From assembly GCA_017477465.1 (NCBI GenBank), contig JAFUVU010000016.1:8035-72034 (forward strand): 64,000 nt of DNA, written 5' to 3'. Shown here in pieces: positions 20,266-30,645 of the stretch (positions are counted from its first letter, which is position 1; every line of letters begins with the position of its first letter). The position numbers and the translations under genes were made by a program. The DNA comes from Bacteroidales bacterium. GTDB taxonomy: Bacteria; Bacteroidota; Bacteroidia; Bacteroidales; UBA932. Below the pieces are notes generated by a model. It searched no databases and was not told where the DNA came from. It saw nothing but the letters and a program-made list of their open reading frames with translations.

Positions 20266-22098
20266 TTATTCCATATCTTCTTTAACTAAACGGACATATA
20301 CCCCGGCGGAGACCGTAAGGTCGAACAGGGGGATATAGTTACCTGGCAACAGACGCAGGACAGCCACCAAATGCTGAGCGCCAAGATAGCGATAATCAGT
20401 TGACCAGTAATACAGTACGTTGTTATAACCGCCGCTGGGGCCCTTCTGGCGCAGGCCGATTGCCGAGAAGCCGGTCAAGTCGTCGTAGCCGCTGTGGACC
20501 TTGGAGAGAAGGTCGGCCATTCTGGCTTCGTTACCCTGGATGTCACCTTGCTGGAGGTAATTCAGAAGGATCTGGAAGTCGTTGCGGGAAGGAACCTTCC
20601 ATCCCTCAGGAGACAGTTTGTCGTTTTTGTCGAACACTGCCGACTTGTCTACAGGGAAATCCAGCGTCTGCTGCATGATGCAGGCATAGGTGTAGGAAAC
20701 TCCGTAAGTATTGCGGGCGTTGACGGCGGCATCCGAAGGATCGTTGGCATCGTCAAAGGTAGAAGAGCTGCCGGTGCCTGCAAGCATGCATATAGGCTTG
20801 AGGTTCGTGTAAGTGACAGGCTGCGAATTGCCTGAAGCGTCCTTGACTTCATTGCCGTTTTCGTCCCTTATGGGCTGAGTTCCGGGGACACCGGTCTGCC
20901 AGCCCGTGTAGCGGTTGAGCCCGGTGGGGATGGGAGTACCGTCGGCAAAACGGGTGGTGCGGAGATTGTTCTTCTGCCAAATCTGCATGCCGACTTTCAC
21001 CAGCGGGTAGCTGAAGGACTCCTCCGTCTGACCATGATTGTCGGCTGCACCGCTGCGCTCATCGTTAAAAATCAGCGGGGTGGCGGCCAGAATGGTGGCA
21101 TTGGCTGCATCTTCGTCAGAAAGGGCTTCCAGGCGGAAGGACGTTGCGCCGCGGCCCATGTAAAGGTTGTTGCCGGGGGTCTTGTCGGCCTTTTCAAACC
21201 AGGCGATATGGTCCGAGCCCTTGTCGTTCACGCTCACCTGCTCTTTCCAGCTGACGGTGGAGCCGTCGTTCCAGACAATCCCCTTAGTGTAGTTGACCTT
21301 ACCATCGATATAAGGATAACAAACAATAAACGAACCGTTTACGATTTCTTCACCGCTTAGCGGGTCCACTTTGTACAGGTATTCCTTGCAAGCCCTGCCG
21401 ACCTTTATATCCCTTTCCGCATCGATGAGGTCGTAGATGGGGAAACGGCTGAAGTCGAGCGATGAGACGGCGACCTGATAAGGGAAGCCGGACATGGCCA
21501 CCTGCGTCACCTTTGTTGTGGTGACAAAGAGCCCGGAACGGATGGTTAGAGTCGCGGTGCGAGCGCTCTCTTCGCTGGGATTGGCCGTCACCTTGAAGTG
21601 AAGCTTATTGTCGGCAATTGAAAAATCGCTCACCCAGTCGTCGCTGGAGCTCACGTTCATGCCGTCGGTAGGGATATTCGTGGAAACAGGGACGCTGACC
21701 TCGCCCGAGGCTGCTTCGATGATATTCTCCGACGTGGCAAAAGTGAGGTACTTCAGATAGTCCTGCTCGACGGTCACCTTGGCACTGCTCCCGGCGTTGT
21801 GGATAATAATGACCGTTTTGCGGGGCGTATCCCCCTCGTTGGCCGTAACCTTCACCTTCAGGGTGCCTTCGTCCTCGCTCCAAGCGCTGAGCCAGATATC
21901 GTCGGAGGCCGATGCCACTTCCCACGAGGAACCGCTTACGGACAGGGAGAAGGTCTGTGAAGAGCCATCCACCCTGACGGTTTCCCCGTCGAAGGTATCC
22001 AAATCGGAACCCGTCAGGCTTATGGGGCCGATGTCGGGACGGGCACATCCTGCAAGGAGTGCGCCGGCGATTAGAAAATATGCGAAACGTTTCATCAT
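20266..22098 (-). CDS. Lipoprotein with two BACON domains and a C-terminal FISUMP (Fib_succ_major)-like domain
   Basis: Lipobox LAGC; BACON W..W..N...R..Q patterns; VGMQIWQKNNL, PEGWKVPS and VRLVKE. Confidence 0.75.
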   Translation of the reverse strand: MMKRFAYFLIAGALLAGCARPDIGPISLTGSDLDTFDGETVRVDGSSQTFSLSVSGSSWEVASASDDIWLSAWSEDEGTLKVKVTANEGDTPRKTVIIIHNAGSSAKVTVEQDYLKYLTFATSENIIEAASGEVSVPVSTNIPTDGMNVSSSDDWVSDFSIADNKLHFKVTANPSEESARTATLTIRSGLFVTTTKVTQVAMSGFPYQVAVSSLDFSRFPIYDLIDAERDIKVGRACKEYLYKVDPLSGEEIVNGSFIVCYPYIDGKVNYTKGIVWNDGSTVSWKEQVSVNDKGSDHIAWFEKADKTPGNNLYMGRGATSFRLEALSDEDAANATILAATPLIFNDERSGAADNHGQTEESFSYPLVKVGMQIWQKNNLRTTRFADGTPIPTGLNRYTGWQTGVPGTQPIRDENGNEVKDASGNSQPVTYTNLKPICMLAGTGSSSTFDDANDPSDAAVNARNTYGVSYTYACIMQQTLDFPVDKSAVFDKNDKLSPEGWKVPSRNDFQILLNYLQQGDIQGNEARMADLLSKVHSGYDDLTGFSAIGLRQKGPSGGYNNVLYYWSTDYRYLGAQHLVAVLRLLPGNYIPLFDLTVSAGVYVRLVKEDME

Positions 22099-22104
22099 GA
22101 ATCT

Positions 22105-23106
22105 TTATTTTTCCTTACCGAATATCAAATAATAAGCTGCTGTTTCTGAATAGTTGTCGGCGCTGTAGGAGGAGCCGGTCTTTTCGCCGTAAACCATTCC
22201 CCTGCCCTGGTGGCCGATACCATCGACAATGGAAAGTTCCCAGGAAAACGGAAGGCCGAAGCTTCCGGCAATCTTCTCAGCCGCCGCGAAGAAGTTCCGG
22301 CCGCGCTCGAGCCTGTATTTTCCCTGACACATCGAAGCTTTGTCCTTTGGCAGGGAACTGTCGGTGGTGTCGGTATCCAGGCTTCCAAGGCATACATAGA
22401 ACTTACGGGCGAAGAATGACGCGAGGTTGTTCCTATCGGCCATCGGGGTGCCCTGTACGCTATAGGGCCAGGTGAACACGTCCGAAGTTTCGCCGATGCG
22501 GCCGCTCGGGTCCACCCAGGTCCAGCTGCCGGGATTGCAGGCCACGGCCGTGCCCACTCGTGCATCCGGAACTGCCAGCAGGAAGCGGTGAACGAATTGG
22601 CCGCCTGCCGAATGGCCCTGCAGGTGATAAGTCTCGGATGTGTTCCCGGTCTTTTCGCGGATATAATCGAACAGCGGCTCTATGATGCTGTAGGTCCATT
22701 CTGCCTTGGGGCGCAGCAGGTGCGTCTCGGGATCCGTCACTCCGCCGAACTGGTAGTCGTTTTCGGAATACATGCTCTTGCTGAATTCAGGGGAAACCAC
22801 TATGAAGCCGTCTCTCTCGGCAAATTCGCTCCAGCAGATGATGCCGTTCTGGCCGCTGCGTTCTGCTCCATGTAGAGTAATCAGTATAGGCATCTTGGTG
22901 ACATCGCCGGTTTCCGGGATGTAGGTATAGACCGTAACGGGCCTGTCGGCAAAAAGACCGCCGGGATTGTACTCGAACGAATCTTCGCCGCGCTTGTAGT
23001 CGTACTCTTTTTCAGGACGGACAGGCGCAGTTCCCTTGCCCTGCGGAGTACAGGACAGCAGGAGCGCAAATACCATAGTCAGAGCCGTATGTCCGAATCT
23101 TGTCAT
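22105..23106 (-). CDS. Alpha/beta hydrolase (esterase-like) lipoprotein
   Basis: LHGAER, GHSAGGQF, GIGH; lipobox LLSC. Confidence 0.8.
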   Translation of the reverse strand: MTRFGHTALTMVFALLLSCTPQGKGTAPVRPEKEYDYKRGEDSFEYNPGGLFADRPVTVYTYIPETGDVTKMPILITLHGAERSGQNGIICWSEFAERDGFIVVSPEFSKSMYSENDYQFGGVTDPETHLLRPKAEWTYSIIEPLFDYIREKTGNTSETYHLQGHSAGGQFVHRFLLAVPDARVGTAVACNPGSWTWVDPSGRIGETSDVFTWPYSVQGTPMADRNNLASFFARKFYVCLGSLDTDTTDSSLPKDKASMCQGKYRLERGRNFFAAAEKIAGSFGLPFSWELSIVDGIGHQGRGMVYGEKTGSSYSADNYSETAAYYLIFGKEK

Positions 23107-24059
23107 TACTTTTTGCCGTAAATCAAATAATAAGCTGCCGTTTTAGTAAAGGCCGATGCAGTATATCTGCCACCCGAACGCATTCCGTAAACCATTCCCC
23201 TGCCTTGGTGGCCGATGCCATCGACGATCGAAAGTTTCCAATTGAACTCCAAGCCCAGCTTGGAAGCCAGCCTCCTGTGGCTGGAATAAAAGCTCTGGCC
23301 TCTCATGAAACGGTGTGCTCCCTGCCAGATGGCCTCTTCATTGCGCGGGACGGCGCTACCGCCCGGATCGGTATCCTTGTTGCCCAGGCAGATATACATC
23401 TCCCTTGAGAAGAAGGACGCCAGATGGGCCATGTCATTGAAGGGCGTTCCGTTGATGCTGTAGGGCCACTTATAGGCTTTGTCCGAACCGTTTACGGTTC
23501 CGTCGGGATTACACCAGGTCCAGCTTCCGGGGTTACATGCCACAGCACGGCGGACGCGGGCATTGGGCTTTGCAATTAGATAGCGGTGCACAAACTGGCC
23601 ACCTGCCGAATGTCCCTGCATGTCATATACTTCGGCCTTGTTCCCGAGCAGGCTCTTCACATGTTCGAAAATCGGCTCTATTATGCTGTAGGTCCACATT
23701 TCTTCCGGACGCACCTCGCCGGTGGAAGGATCGACCACTCCGCCGAACTGATAATCATTCTCCTTGTACCAGGTTTTGCTGAACTGGGGAGAAATGACGA
23801 TGAAGCCGTCCTGCTCGGCAAATTCGCGCCAGCAGATGATGCCGTTCATGCCGCTTCGCTCGGCACCGTGCATCGTTATAAGGACCGGCATATCGGCAAT
23901 TTTGCCCCACGTCGGCACGTATGTGAACACCTTTACGGGTTTGTCCGCAAGGGGGGCGTAGGCCGTGAACTCCAGCGAGTCCAGCCCGCGATGGATGGCA
24001 AACGCAGGCATGCTCAGGATGAGCAGCACAACGGTCGCGAAGAATCTGCTGCTTTTCAT
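23106..24059 (-). CDS. Alpha/beta hydrolase paralog (Sec signal)
   Basis: MHGAER, GHSAGGQF, GIGH. ATG at 24059 (MKSSRFF) avoids overlap with the upstream gene. Confidence 0.8.
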   Translation of the reverse strand: MKSSRFFATVVLLILSMPAFAIHRGLDSLEFTAYAPLADKPVKVFTYVPTWGKIADMPVLITMHGAERSGMNGIICWREFAEQDGFIVISPQFSKTWYKENDYQFGGVVDPSTGEVRPEEMWTYSIIEPIFEHVKSLLGNKAEVYDMQGHSAGGQFVHRYLIAKPNARVRRAVACNPGSWTWCNPDGTVNGSDKAYKWPYSINGTPFNDMAHLASFFSREMYICLGNKDTDPGGSAVPRNEEAIWQGAHRFMRGQSFYSSHRRLASKLGLEFNWKLSIVDGIGHQGRGMVYGMRSGGRYTASAFTKTAAYYLIYGKK

Positions 24060-24060
24060 C

Positions 24061-24519
24061 TTACTGCCAGTTTGTTTCGTCATCGTCCCATGTCGTGCCC
24101 GGGAGGTCTGACGGGGTGCTCTCGTAAGGAGGAGTATCGTCAAAACCCTGCACGACAGTTACGTGAGAAATGTTTTCACCGATAATAATGTCGAAACCGG
24201 TTCTCCTTTCCACAGGGAGCGGATTGGGAGAAACCGCAATATACAGCTGATCGGCTGCCTGTGAGTAGCTGCACCAGGTGTCGTCAAGGGAGCAGCGCAT
24301 TCTCCAGGCGACACTGGTAACGTCATGGACGATATCAAGGGTGATGGTACCACCGTCGGCTCCGAAGGAAATCTTCCCGGCATCCCAATGCTCGTCGGCG
24401 CTTTCGATGGTAAAGCTGTTGTCGTTCACCACCTCACTGTTTTTTACTCCGCTGCATGAGCTGGCGGCCAGGATAAGGGCCACGCCCATCAGATATGTAT
24501 GTATCTTGTTCATAAGCAT
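24061..24519 (-). CDS. Small BACON-domain lipoprotein ending in an LPGTTW tail
   Basis: Lipobox ASSC; BACON pattern (W, W, N..R, VVQ); tail PSDLPGTTWDDDETNWQ. Confidence 0.75.
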   Translation of the reverse strand: MLMNKIHTYLMGVALILAASSCSGVKNSEVVNDNSFTIESADEHWDAGKISFGADGGTITLDIVHDVTSVAWRMRCSLDDTWCSYSQAADQLYIAVSPNPLPVERRTGFDIIIGENISHVTVVQGFDDTPPYESTPSDLPGTTWDDDETNWQ

Positions 24520-24525
24520 TTGGAT

Positions 24526-26217
24526 TTACATGCCAAGTTCATCGTCGGCTATGCCGAAGCTCCACTCGCCGTAACCGGGGTTTTGCTGGCGGCGGATAGC
24601 CGGATTTGCGTTCATTTCCAGGAGCGGGATAGGATATACAACCTGGGTAGTTGAGCCAAAAGTAATTGTAGCCGAAGAGTTTATGTACCCGAGGATGGGC
24701 CGGTCGCTGATGTTGCGGCCGTTGCGGAACCAGTCGAAGAAGGTTTGCCCTTCGAGGATGAATTCACGTCTTCGCTCATCCAGGATAGTGTTTATACCGG
24801 TAATGGTGGGAGAGCTCTCCTGACGGCGTGCCAGGGTGACACGGGACAGCATGTCGATGGCCTCGGTGATGCGGCCTCTCTTGTAATAGGCCTCCGAGAG
24901 GTTGAGATAAATCTCGGGAAGGCGGATTACCGGGATGTTGTGGACATAGTGGTAAGGGTCGCCTACATAACGGCGGATCGACTTCCAGTCCTGTCCCGCT
25001 ACGCCCATGTCGCAGATGAGGTAGCGGCGGACGTCGAGCGGATAGGCTTCCAGCAACTCATATGCCGAAGACGATGTGCCGAAGGTGAGTCCAAGTTTGG
25101 CATAGCCGATATTGTCGCTCATCGTTCCGTCAAGCGGGGAACCGGGGATGTTGTAGGTCTGTTTGCGGGCCCAGTAGTTGATGGAGTTGGAGCCCATGTT
25201 GTCGGACTCGCTGTACTTGAGTTCGAAGACGGACTCGCTGCTGAAAGGTTTGTAATACAATGAGCTCCAGCCTTCGTAACTCAGCATGGAGTAATTGCTT
25301 TCGAACCTGTTGAGCCACTGTTCGCCAAGACTGATTGCAAGGGCGTAGTCTTCCATGTAAAGGGCCACCCTCTGACGGAGGGCCAGAATGGCGGCGGCGC
25401 CCATGCGGCCGCTTTCGGCAGTAACGTCCTGCATCAGGTTCCAGGCCTTTTCAAGCTGGTCTTTAACAAGGTTCCAGCACTCCTGGGCAGTATTGCGGCC
25501 GATACCGTCGGCCACTTTATCGGGCGATGCGTTGATGAGGGCGCGGTCTTCGTCGCTCAGAAGGTCCATCCGGTCTTCCCTGAAGACGATGATCCTGTCC
25601 TCGTCAAGGTAGGTCTTGTATTCCAGCGCATTGTAGCCTTTGTCCCTTGTATCCATGATGGGAACGCCCCACCTGTATTTGGGGTCGTATGCACTTCCCC
25701 ATGGGCAGGAATAACGGGGGGGGTAGGCATACAGACGAAGGAGGTCGAAATAAGCGAGCGCCCTTATCGCATAAGCCTCGCCTTTCAGATGGCGAAGGTG
25801 CTCGATATCTCCGGGGATGTCGTCGGCAAGTTCCAGAAGAATGGTGGTATTGCGAATGACGTTGTAAATCTGAGTCCAGGCATTGGTTACGTTGCCGCTC
25901 ATGTTCTTGCCGCCGTTATAGCGGTTTTCGGAAGCGAAGGAGTAGCCGCCCGTGGCCACACGCTGGAAGAAGTCGGGGCCTTTGGTGGCTTCGTACAGAT
26001 AGAGCGTGCCGCCGTAATAGAAACGGTGCTGCAATCCGTTGTATGCTCCTGTCAGAAGGAGGTCAAGGCCGTCTTCCGTGGTTTCTACAAAGTCCCCGGG
26101 CACGGCGGACAGGGATTCTTTGTCAAGGAAAGTCTTCTCGCAGCCTGTCTGAACCAGAAGGCCGATTGCGGCAACTGCCGTCAGGATGATTTTACTGAAT
26201 TTCATACTTTCCATCAT
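24526..26217 (-). CDS. susD: SusD/RagB family lipoprotein
   Basis: GEAYAIRALAYFDLLRLY, IRLPEIYLN.SEA, ERRREF..EG, PIP..E...NP...QNPGY; adjacent to SusC. Confidence 0.93.
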   Translation of the reverse strand: MMESMKFSKIILTAVAAIGLLVQTGCEKTFLDKESLSAVPGDFVETTEDGLDLLLTGAYNGLQHRFYYGGTLYLYEATKGPDFFQRVATGGYSFASENRYNGGKNMSGNVTNAWTQIYNVIRNTTILLELADDIPGDIEHLRHLKGEAYAIRALAYFDLLRLYAYPPRYSCPWGSAYDPKYRWGVPIMDTRDKGYNALEYKTYLDEDRIIVFREDRMDLLSDEDRALINASPDKVADGIGRNTAQECWNLVKDQLEKAWNLMQDVTAESGRMGAAAILALRQRVALYMEDYALAISLGEQWLNRFESNYSMLSYEGWSSLYYKPFSSESVFELKYSESDNMGSNSINYWARKQTYNIPGSPLDGTMSDNIGYAKLGLTFGTSSSAYELLEAYPLDVRRYLICDMGVAGQDWKSIRRYVGDPYHYVHNIPVIRLPEIYLNLSEAYYKRGRITEAIDMLSRVTLARRQESSPTITGINTILDERRREFILEGQTFFDWFRNGRNISDRPILGYINSSATITFGSTTQVVYPIPLLEMNANPAIRRQQNPGYGEWSFGIADDELGM

Positions 26218-26219
26218 TT

Positions 26220-29200
26220 TTAGAATCTTGCAGAAATACCAAGGGTGACTGTGCAGGCGGAAGGATAGCGGTCGGCCTCCCTGTAACCGGCAGTACTCAT
26301 TTCAGGGTCGTAGTTCTTGAAGGCGCACAGGACAAAGGGATTCTCTGCCTGCAGGTAAATCCAGGCATTTGACATGCCGATCTTTCTGTAGAGCTCTTTG
26401 TGCACATGCCAGGTGAGCTTTACGTTCTTCAGTTTCAGATAGTCGCCTTTGGTGAGGTAACGGTCCGACCTGGTGTCCAGGCCGCCGCTGTAGATACGTA
26501 GCGGGTTGGATGCGACGGGGTGGTCGGGCGTCCAGCGGTCCAGCTGGGAGCTGGCCACGGTATAGACGGAAGCGCCGTCGTTAGCCTGACGGATGGCTCC
26601 CAGATAGTCATAAATGTAATGTCCCAAGCCGTAAGTGAACAGGGCGTTCAGCGAGAACCGGCCCCAGGTGAGGGTTGATTCGAAACCGCCGAAGACCTTG
26701 GGTACGCCCTGTTTCGAGGCCTTGTAGTCACCGCCTGAGGTGTCAAGGTACTCATATCCGTCCTCATCGACGTGACGGTACAGGACGCTTCCCGAATCCT
26801 CGTCGATGCCGGCGAATTCCCTCAGGTACCAGGTGTGGACATTCAGGCCGCTGGCAATCAGCTGACGCTGTTTGCCGTCATAGTACTGAGTCTGGATGCC
26901 GTAGTATTTGGAGCTGAGCTGCGACAGGTTCAGTTTCACATCCCAGGTCCAGTCTTTGTGACGGAGGATATTGGCGCTTATCGTAAGGTCTATGCCCCGG
27001 TTGTCGATACCCGCGTCGGTATTCATCAGATAATTGGTATAACCGGATGTGCGCGAGACTATTACGTTCTGCAGCATGTTGCTGGACTTGCGCTGGTAGT
27101 ACTCCACGCCTACTGTAATCTTGTCGCGGAAGAAGGATGCGTCCAGGCCGACATTCCAGATGCGGTTGCCTTCCCAGGTTAGTTCGGGTCGCTCGCGGTA
27201 TGAAGTGTAAACGCCAAGGTCCGAATTGTAACGCACAGAATTATAGAGGTTCTGCCAGAACAGCTGCTGGGAAGGAAGCGTGCCGTTGATACCGTAGCTA
27301 CCCTTGATCTTGAGCTGGTTGACATAACGGCGGGCGCGAAGCATAAACGGCTCTTTAGCAATATCATAACCTGCCGATACGCTCCAGAAATTACCGGCGC
27401 GGTAATCGGGGCCGAACTTGGAGGAGTAGTCCCTGCGGAACGATGCTCCAAACAAATACTTCTTCTGATAGGAGTAATTCAGGTTGGTAATCAGGGAAAG
27501 CATGCCGGTGTCATAACCGTCGCCGCTGAATGACGACAGCGTGGCGGCATTGCTCATGTAAGGCAGGTCGTCGGTAGCGAAACCGTTTCCGCCCATTTCG
27601 GCAAACTTGTAATCCAGATTTTCAAGCTCCACACCTGCAACTGCCGATATTGCATGGCCGCTCACCCACTCCTTGTCAAAATTGAGCATGGTGGTATTTA
27701 CCAGCCTGGCACGGTTGACGTAACGTTCCCAGAGGGAGCCGTGCGTGGTAAGACCTGCACCGAAGTAACTGGAATAGTACGATTTACGGCGCTGGTTATA
27801 ATAGTACATCGTGAGCTTGCTGGTGAGTTTTAGCCAGTCGGTGAAGCGGAAGCCTACGTCGCCGCTTACGGTAATAGCCACCTGCGGACGAAGATTGAGG
27901 TGCTCGTTTGCCGATGCCAGCGGATTGTGCGTACCGTTGAGAAGGTTGTCGGGGAAATTGAGGTTGTAGGAACCGTCCTCGAGACGGGCCGGAACGACTG
28001 AAGGCAGCGTGTTGGCGCCGTACATGGGCGACTGGTAGAGAGAGCCGCCGGCCACGGGGCCCTTCTGCTGGGTATAGGCGATGTATGTGTTTACGCCCCA
28101 GGTGAAGAACTGGTTCTGGTCGTTGCGGTTGAAGCGCATACGCATGGTGTAACGCTCCAGGGATGAGTTGATTATGGTACCCTGCTGGTTGTAGTATTCC
28201 AGGGAGGCGTAATAGTTGACGTTCTGGAAACCGCCCCTTACAGACAGGGAATTCTTTGTGAAAGGAGCCACGCGGGAAATCTCCTTGAACCAGTCGGTCG
28301 AGGGAAGTTTATCATAGTCGGCTCCGAAATAGTCGTAGTTGTTGTAGCCGCCTGACGGGGTAGGCATTGCGTAGCGTGTGTTGAAAGCCTGGCGGGCCAT
28401 CTTCTGCCACTGGTAGTAGTTCATGCCTTCGAAGGTGTAGCCGCCTTTGTCGGCATACAGGCTCTTGAGTTCCTCCACCAGGCGGCGACGGAGGGTTGTG
28501 CTGTTGGCCGTGTACTGGGACAAGCTGTTCTGGATGAGGCGGTTCATGTAACCTTCTACCCAGAGTTCGGCAAACTCGTGACCGTCGGTGATGTCCGGAG
28601 TATTTGTCATCACCGCAAAGCCGTTGACGGTGGAAACGTCTATGCGCATCGTCTCCCCTTCGTGGCCGGTTTTGGTGGTAATGACAATGACGCCGTTAGC
28701 GCCGCGGGAGCCGTACAGCGAGGCCGATGCAGCATCCTTCAGCACCGTGATGTTGGCGATATCCGAAGGGTTGAGGGCGGCCAGCGGATTGGCCGTCACA
28801 TTGTCCGAGCCAGTGACATTGTCCTGGTCCCAGACAACGCCGTCAACCACGTACAGAGGCTGGTTGGAAGCCTCCAGGGAGCCGAAGCCGCGAAGGAGAA
28901 TCTCCCCTGCCTCACCAGGCTGACCTGAAGTGGAGCCCAGGGCACCGGCCACATTGCCGCGCAGGGCCTCTTCGAAAGAGCCGATCGGCCTGTCTTCCAG
29001 TTGAGAGGAGGACATCGTTACCGCAGAACCGGTGTAAGCTTCCTTGACGAAATTGCCGTAGCCGGTAATGACGGCTTCTTCCAGGGCGACGACGTTTTCG
29101 CGCATCACAATGGAGAAACTCTTGCGGCCGTTGACCGGAACCGTCTGGTCCTGCATGCCGAAGAACATGACCTCGAGGGAAGCGTTGCCCGGGACGGTGA

Positions 29201-29759
29201 TGGTGAAATCGCCGTTTCCGTCAACGATTGCGACGTTGGTGGTCTTGCCTGATTCCATTACCGTCGCGCCCGGAAGTATCTGGCCTGCAGTGTCCATCAC
29301 ATGGCCCTTTACGGTAATCTTCTTGGCAGAAACCTTCCCCTGCTGATCACTGGAGGCGATGGCCGATGCAGGGGTGTTCACGGCGGGTTCGGCTTCCTGC
29401 GGCTGTTCGGCCGCCTGGTCCGGCTTATCGGCCGGCATCTGGGCGGAGGTCTTGCTGATGGTGATTACATTGCCCACCATCCGATACTCCATGCCGGAGC
29501 CCTCAAGCGCCTTGTCAAGAACCGCCTTGACCGAGACTCCCACCATGTCGATGACGGGAATCTTTACGGCATCCGCCTCGTCGCTTTTGACGATGAACTT
29601 GATATCGGCCTGTGATTCAAGAGACCACAGGATATCCGACAGGGACGTGTTGGACAGGGACACGCTCACCTTTTCGGAAAGAATGCCCTGGGCCGATACC
29701 TGCTGCACCGCTGCAAAAATCAGAAGCAGTGCTGTTGTGCAACACAAAAGTTTTCTCAT
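26220..29759 (-). CDS. susC: SusC/RagA TonB-dependent transporter with N-terminal signalling (STN-like) extension
   Basis: PLYVVDG, VLKDAASASLYGSRGANGVIVITTK, C-terminal Phe; extra N-terminal domain before the CarboxypepD-like domain. Confidence 0.95.
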   Translation of the reverse strand: MRKLLCCTTALLLIFAAVQQVSAQGILSEKVSVSLSNTSLSDILWSLESQADIKFIVKSDEADAVKIPVIDMVGVSVKAVLDKALEGSGMEYRMVGNVITISKTSAQMPADKPDQAAEQPQEAEPAVNTPASAIASSDQQGKVSAKKITVKGHVMDTAGQILPGATVMESGKTTNVAIVDGNGDFTITVPGNASLEVMFFGMQDQTVPVNGRKSFSIVMRENVVALEEAVITGYGNFVKEAYTGSAVTMSSSQLEDRPIGSFEEALRGNVAGALGSTSGQPGEAGEILLRGFGSLEASNQPLYVVDGVVWDQDNVTGSDNVTANPLAALNPSDIANITVLKDAASASLYGSRGANGVIVITTKTGHEGETMRIDVSTVNGFAVMTNTPDITDGHEFAELWVEGYMNRLIQNSLSQYTANSTTLRRRLVEELKSLYADKGGYTFEGMNYYQWQKMARQAFNTRYAMPTPSGGYNNYDYFGADYDKLPSTDWFKEISRVAPFTKNSLSVRGGFQNVNYYASLEYYNQQGTIINSSLERYTMRMRFNRNDQNQFFTWGVNTYIAYTQQKGPVAGGSLYQSPMYGANTLPSVVPARLEDGSYNLNFPDNLLNGTHNPLASANEHLNLRPQVAITVSGDVGFRFTDWLKLTSKLTMYYYNQRRKSYYSSYFGAGLTTHGSLWERYVNRARLVNTTMLNFDKEWVSGHAISAVAGVELENLDYKFAEMGGNGFATDDLPYMSNAATLSSFSGDGYDTGMLSLITNLNYSYQKKYLFGASFRRDYSSKFGPDYRAGNFWSVSAGYDIAKEPFMLRARRYVNQLKIKGSYGINGTLPSQQLFWQNLYNSVRYNSDLGVYTSYRERPELTWEGNRIWNVGLDASFFRDKITVGVEYYQRKSSNMLQNVIVSRTSGYTNYLMNTDAGIDNRGIDLTISANILRHKDWTWDVKLNLSQLSSKYYGIQTQYYDGKQRQLIASGLNVHTWYLREFAGIDEDSGSVLYRHVDEDGYEYLDTSGGDYKASKQGVPKVFGGFESTLTWGRFSLNALFTYGLGHYIYDYLGAIRQANDGASVYTVASSQLDRWTPDHPVASNPLRIYSGGLDTRSDRYLTKGDYLKLKNVKLTWHVHKELYRKIGMSNAWIYLQAENPFVLCAFKNYDPEMSTAGYREADRYPSACTVTLGISARF

Positions 29760-30523
29760 TGCTTTATGTTTATAGTGCCGTCGGCGGAAAATTCCACGCG
29801 TACACGGCAGACAATTTCGATAAGGGACATTAATTGCGAGACGTCGTCATACTGGGGGATCTTGAAGGAAAGCCTGGTACTTCCGAGTACAGGATCCGAG
29901 AAGCGGTAGGACACTCCGTAAATGCGTGAAACGGACTGCATTATCTGCTCCAGGGGACAATCTTTGAAGACCAGCTGCGTCTGGCTCTTGGAAGATATGC
30001 GGTTATAGCTGATTTCCTGGGAAGGCTGCATGACAACAGTGGGATGCCCTTCCGGGGTGAATTCCACCCGGCCTTCGTCCAGAGAGACTTGCAAATTATC
30101 CGAGCCGGGGTAAGCTACGGCGCGAAAACGCGTACCGGTTACGCGAATGGTTGCACCGTCCATAAGTACTATAAAAGGATGTTCCGGCGAGGATTTTACG
30201 TCGAAGTACGCTTCGCCTTTCAGTCTTACTTCCCTTACCTCTGAGTTGAAAGCTTCCGGGTAAAACAGTTCACTGTCAGGCGACAATGTTACTGCCGTAC
30301 CATCCGGCAGAAGGATATTCCTGGCAGTTCCGGAGGCCAGGATGGTCTCTGTCTTTTCGTTCCCTAACGGCAGGCCGGGAAGGAAAAACACAAGAGCGGT
30401 TACAATCACCACAAAACTCGCAAACGCCACAGACCAGCGGCGATGCAGTTTCCGACGTTCCACTTTGACCAGAAAATCGGTCCAGGCTTCGTTGAGTTCA
30501 GATTGGTTATAGTTGTCTGTCAT
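29756..30523 (-). CDS. FecR-family anti-sigma factor
   Basis: One TM helix; LPDGT.V.L...S.L, REVRLKGEAYFDV, VTGTRF. Confidence 0.92.
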   Translation of the reverse strand: MTDNYNQSELNEAWTDFLVKVERRKLHRRWSVAFASFVVIVTALVFFLPGLPLGNEKTETILASGTARNILLPDGTAVTLSPDSELFYPEAFNSEVREVRLKGEAYFDVKSSPEHPFIVLMDGATIRVTGTRFRAVAYPGSDNLQVSLDEGRVEFTPEGHPTVVMQPSQEISYNRISSKSQTQLVFKDCPLEQIMQSVSRIYGVSYRFSDPVLGSTRLSFKIPQYDDVSQLMSLIEIVCRVRVEFSADGTINIKQ

Positions 30524-30546
30524 CTAATTTCGGTTTTTCATCAACT

Positions 30547-30578
30547 TAATAACGTAGTTCGTCCCAAAAAGGGGAAAA
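30547..30578 (-). promoter_or_regulatory. Putative ECF promoter TTTTCCCC-N16-CGTTATTA for the fecR-susC-susD operon
   Basis: One of six near-identical bipartite motifs, all upstream of operon starts. Confidence 0.8.
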
Positions 30579-30615
30579 ACAAAAATAAATATAATCTTTT
30601 TTCCAAAAATAAAAG

Positions 30616-30623
30616 TAAATTTG
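30616..30623 (+). promoter_or_regulatory. -7 element TAAATTTG upstream of the ECF sigma gene
   Basis: TAnnTTTG match. Confidence 0.6.
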
Positions 30624-30645
30624 CATGGGCACAAACTATAAACCA

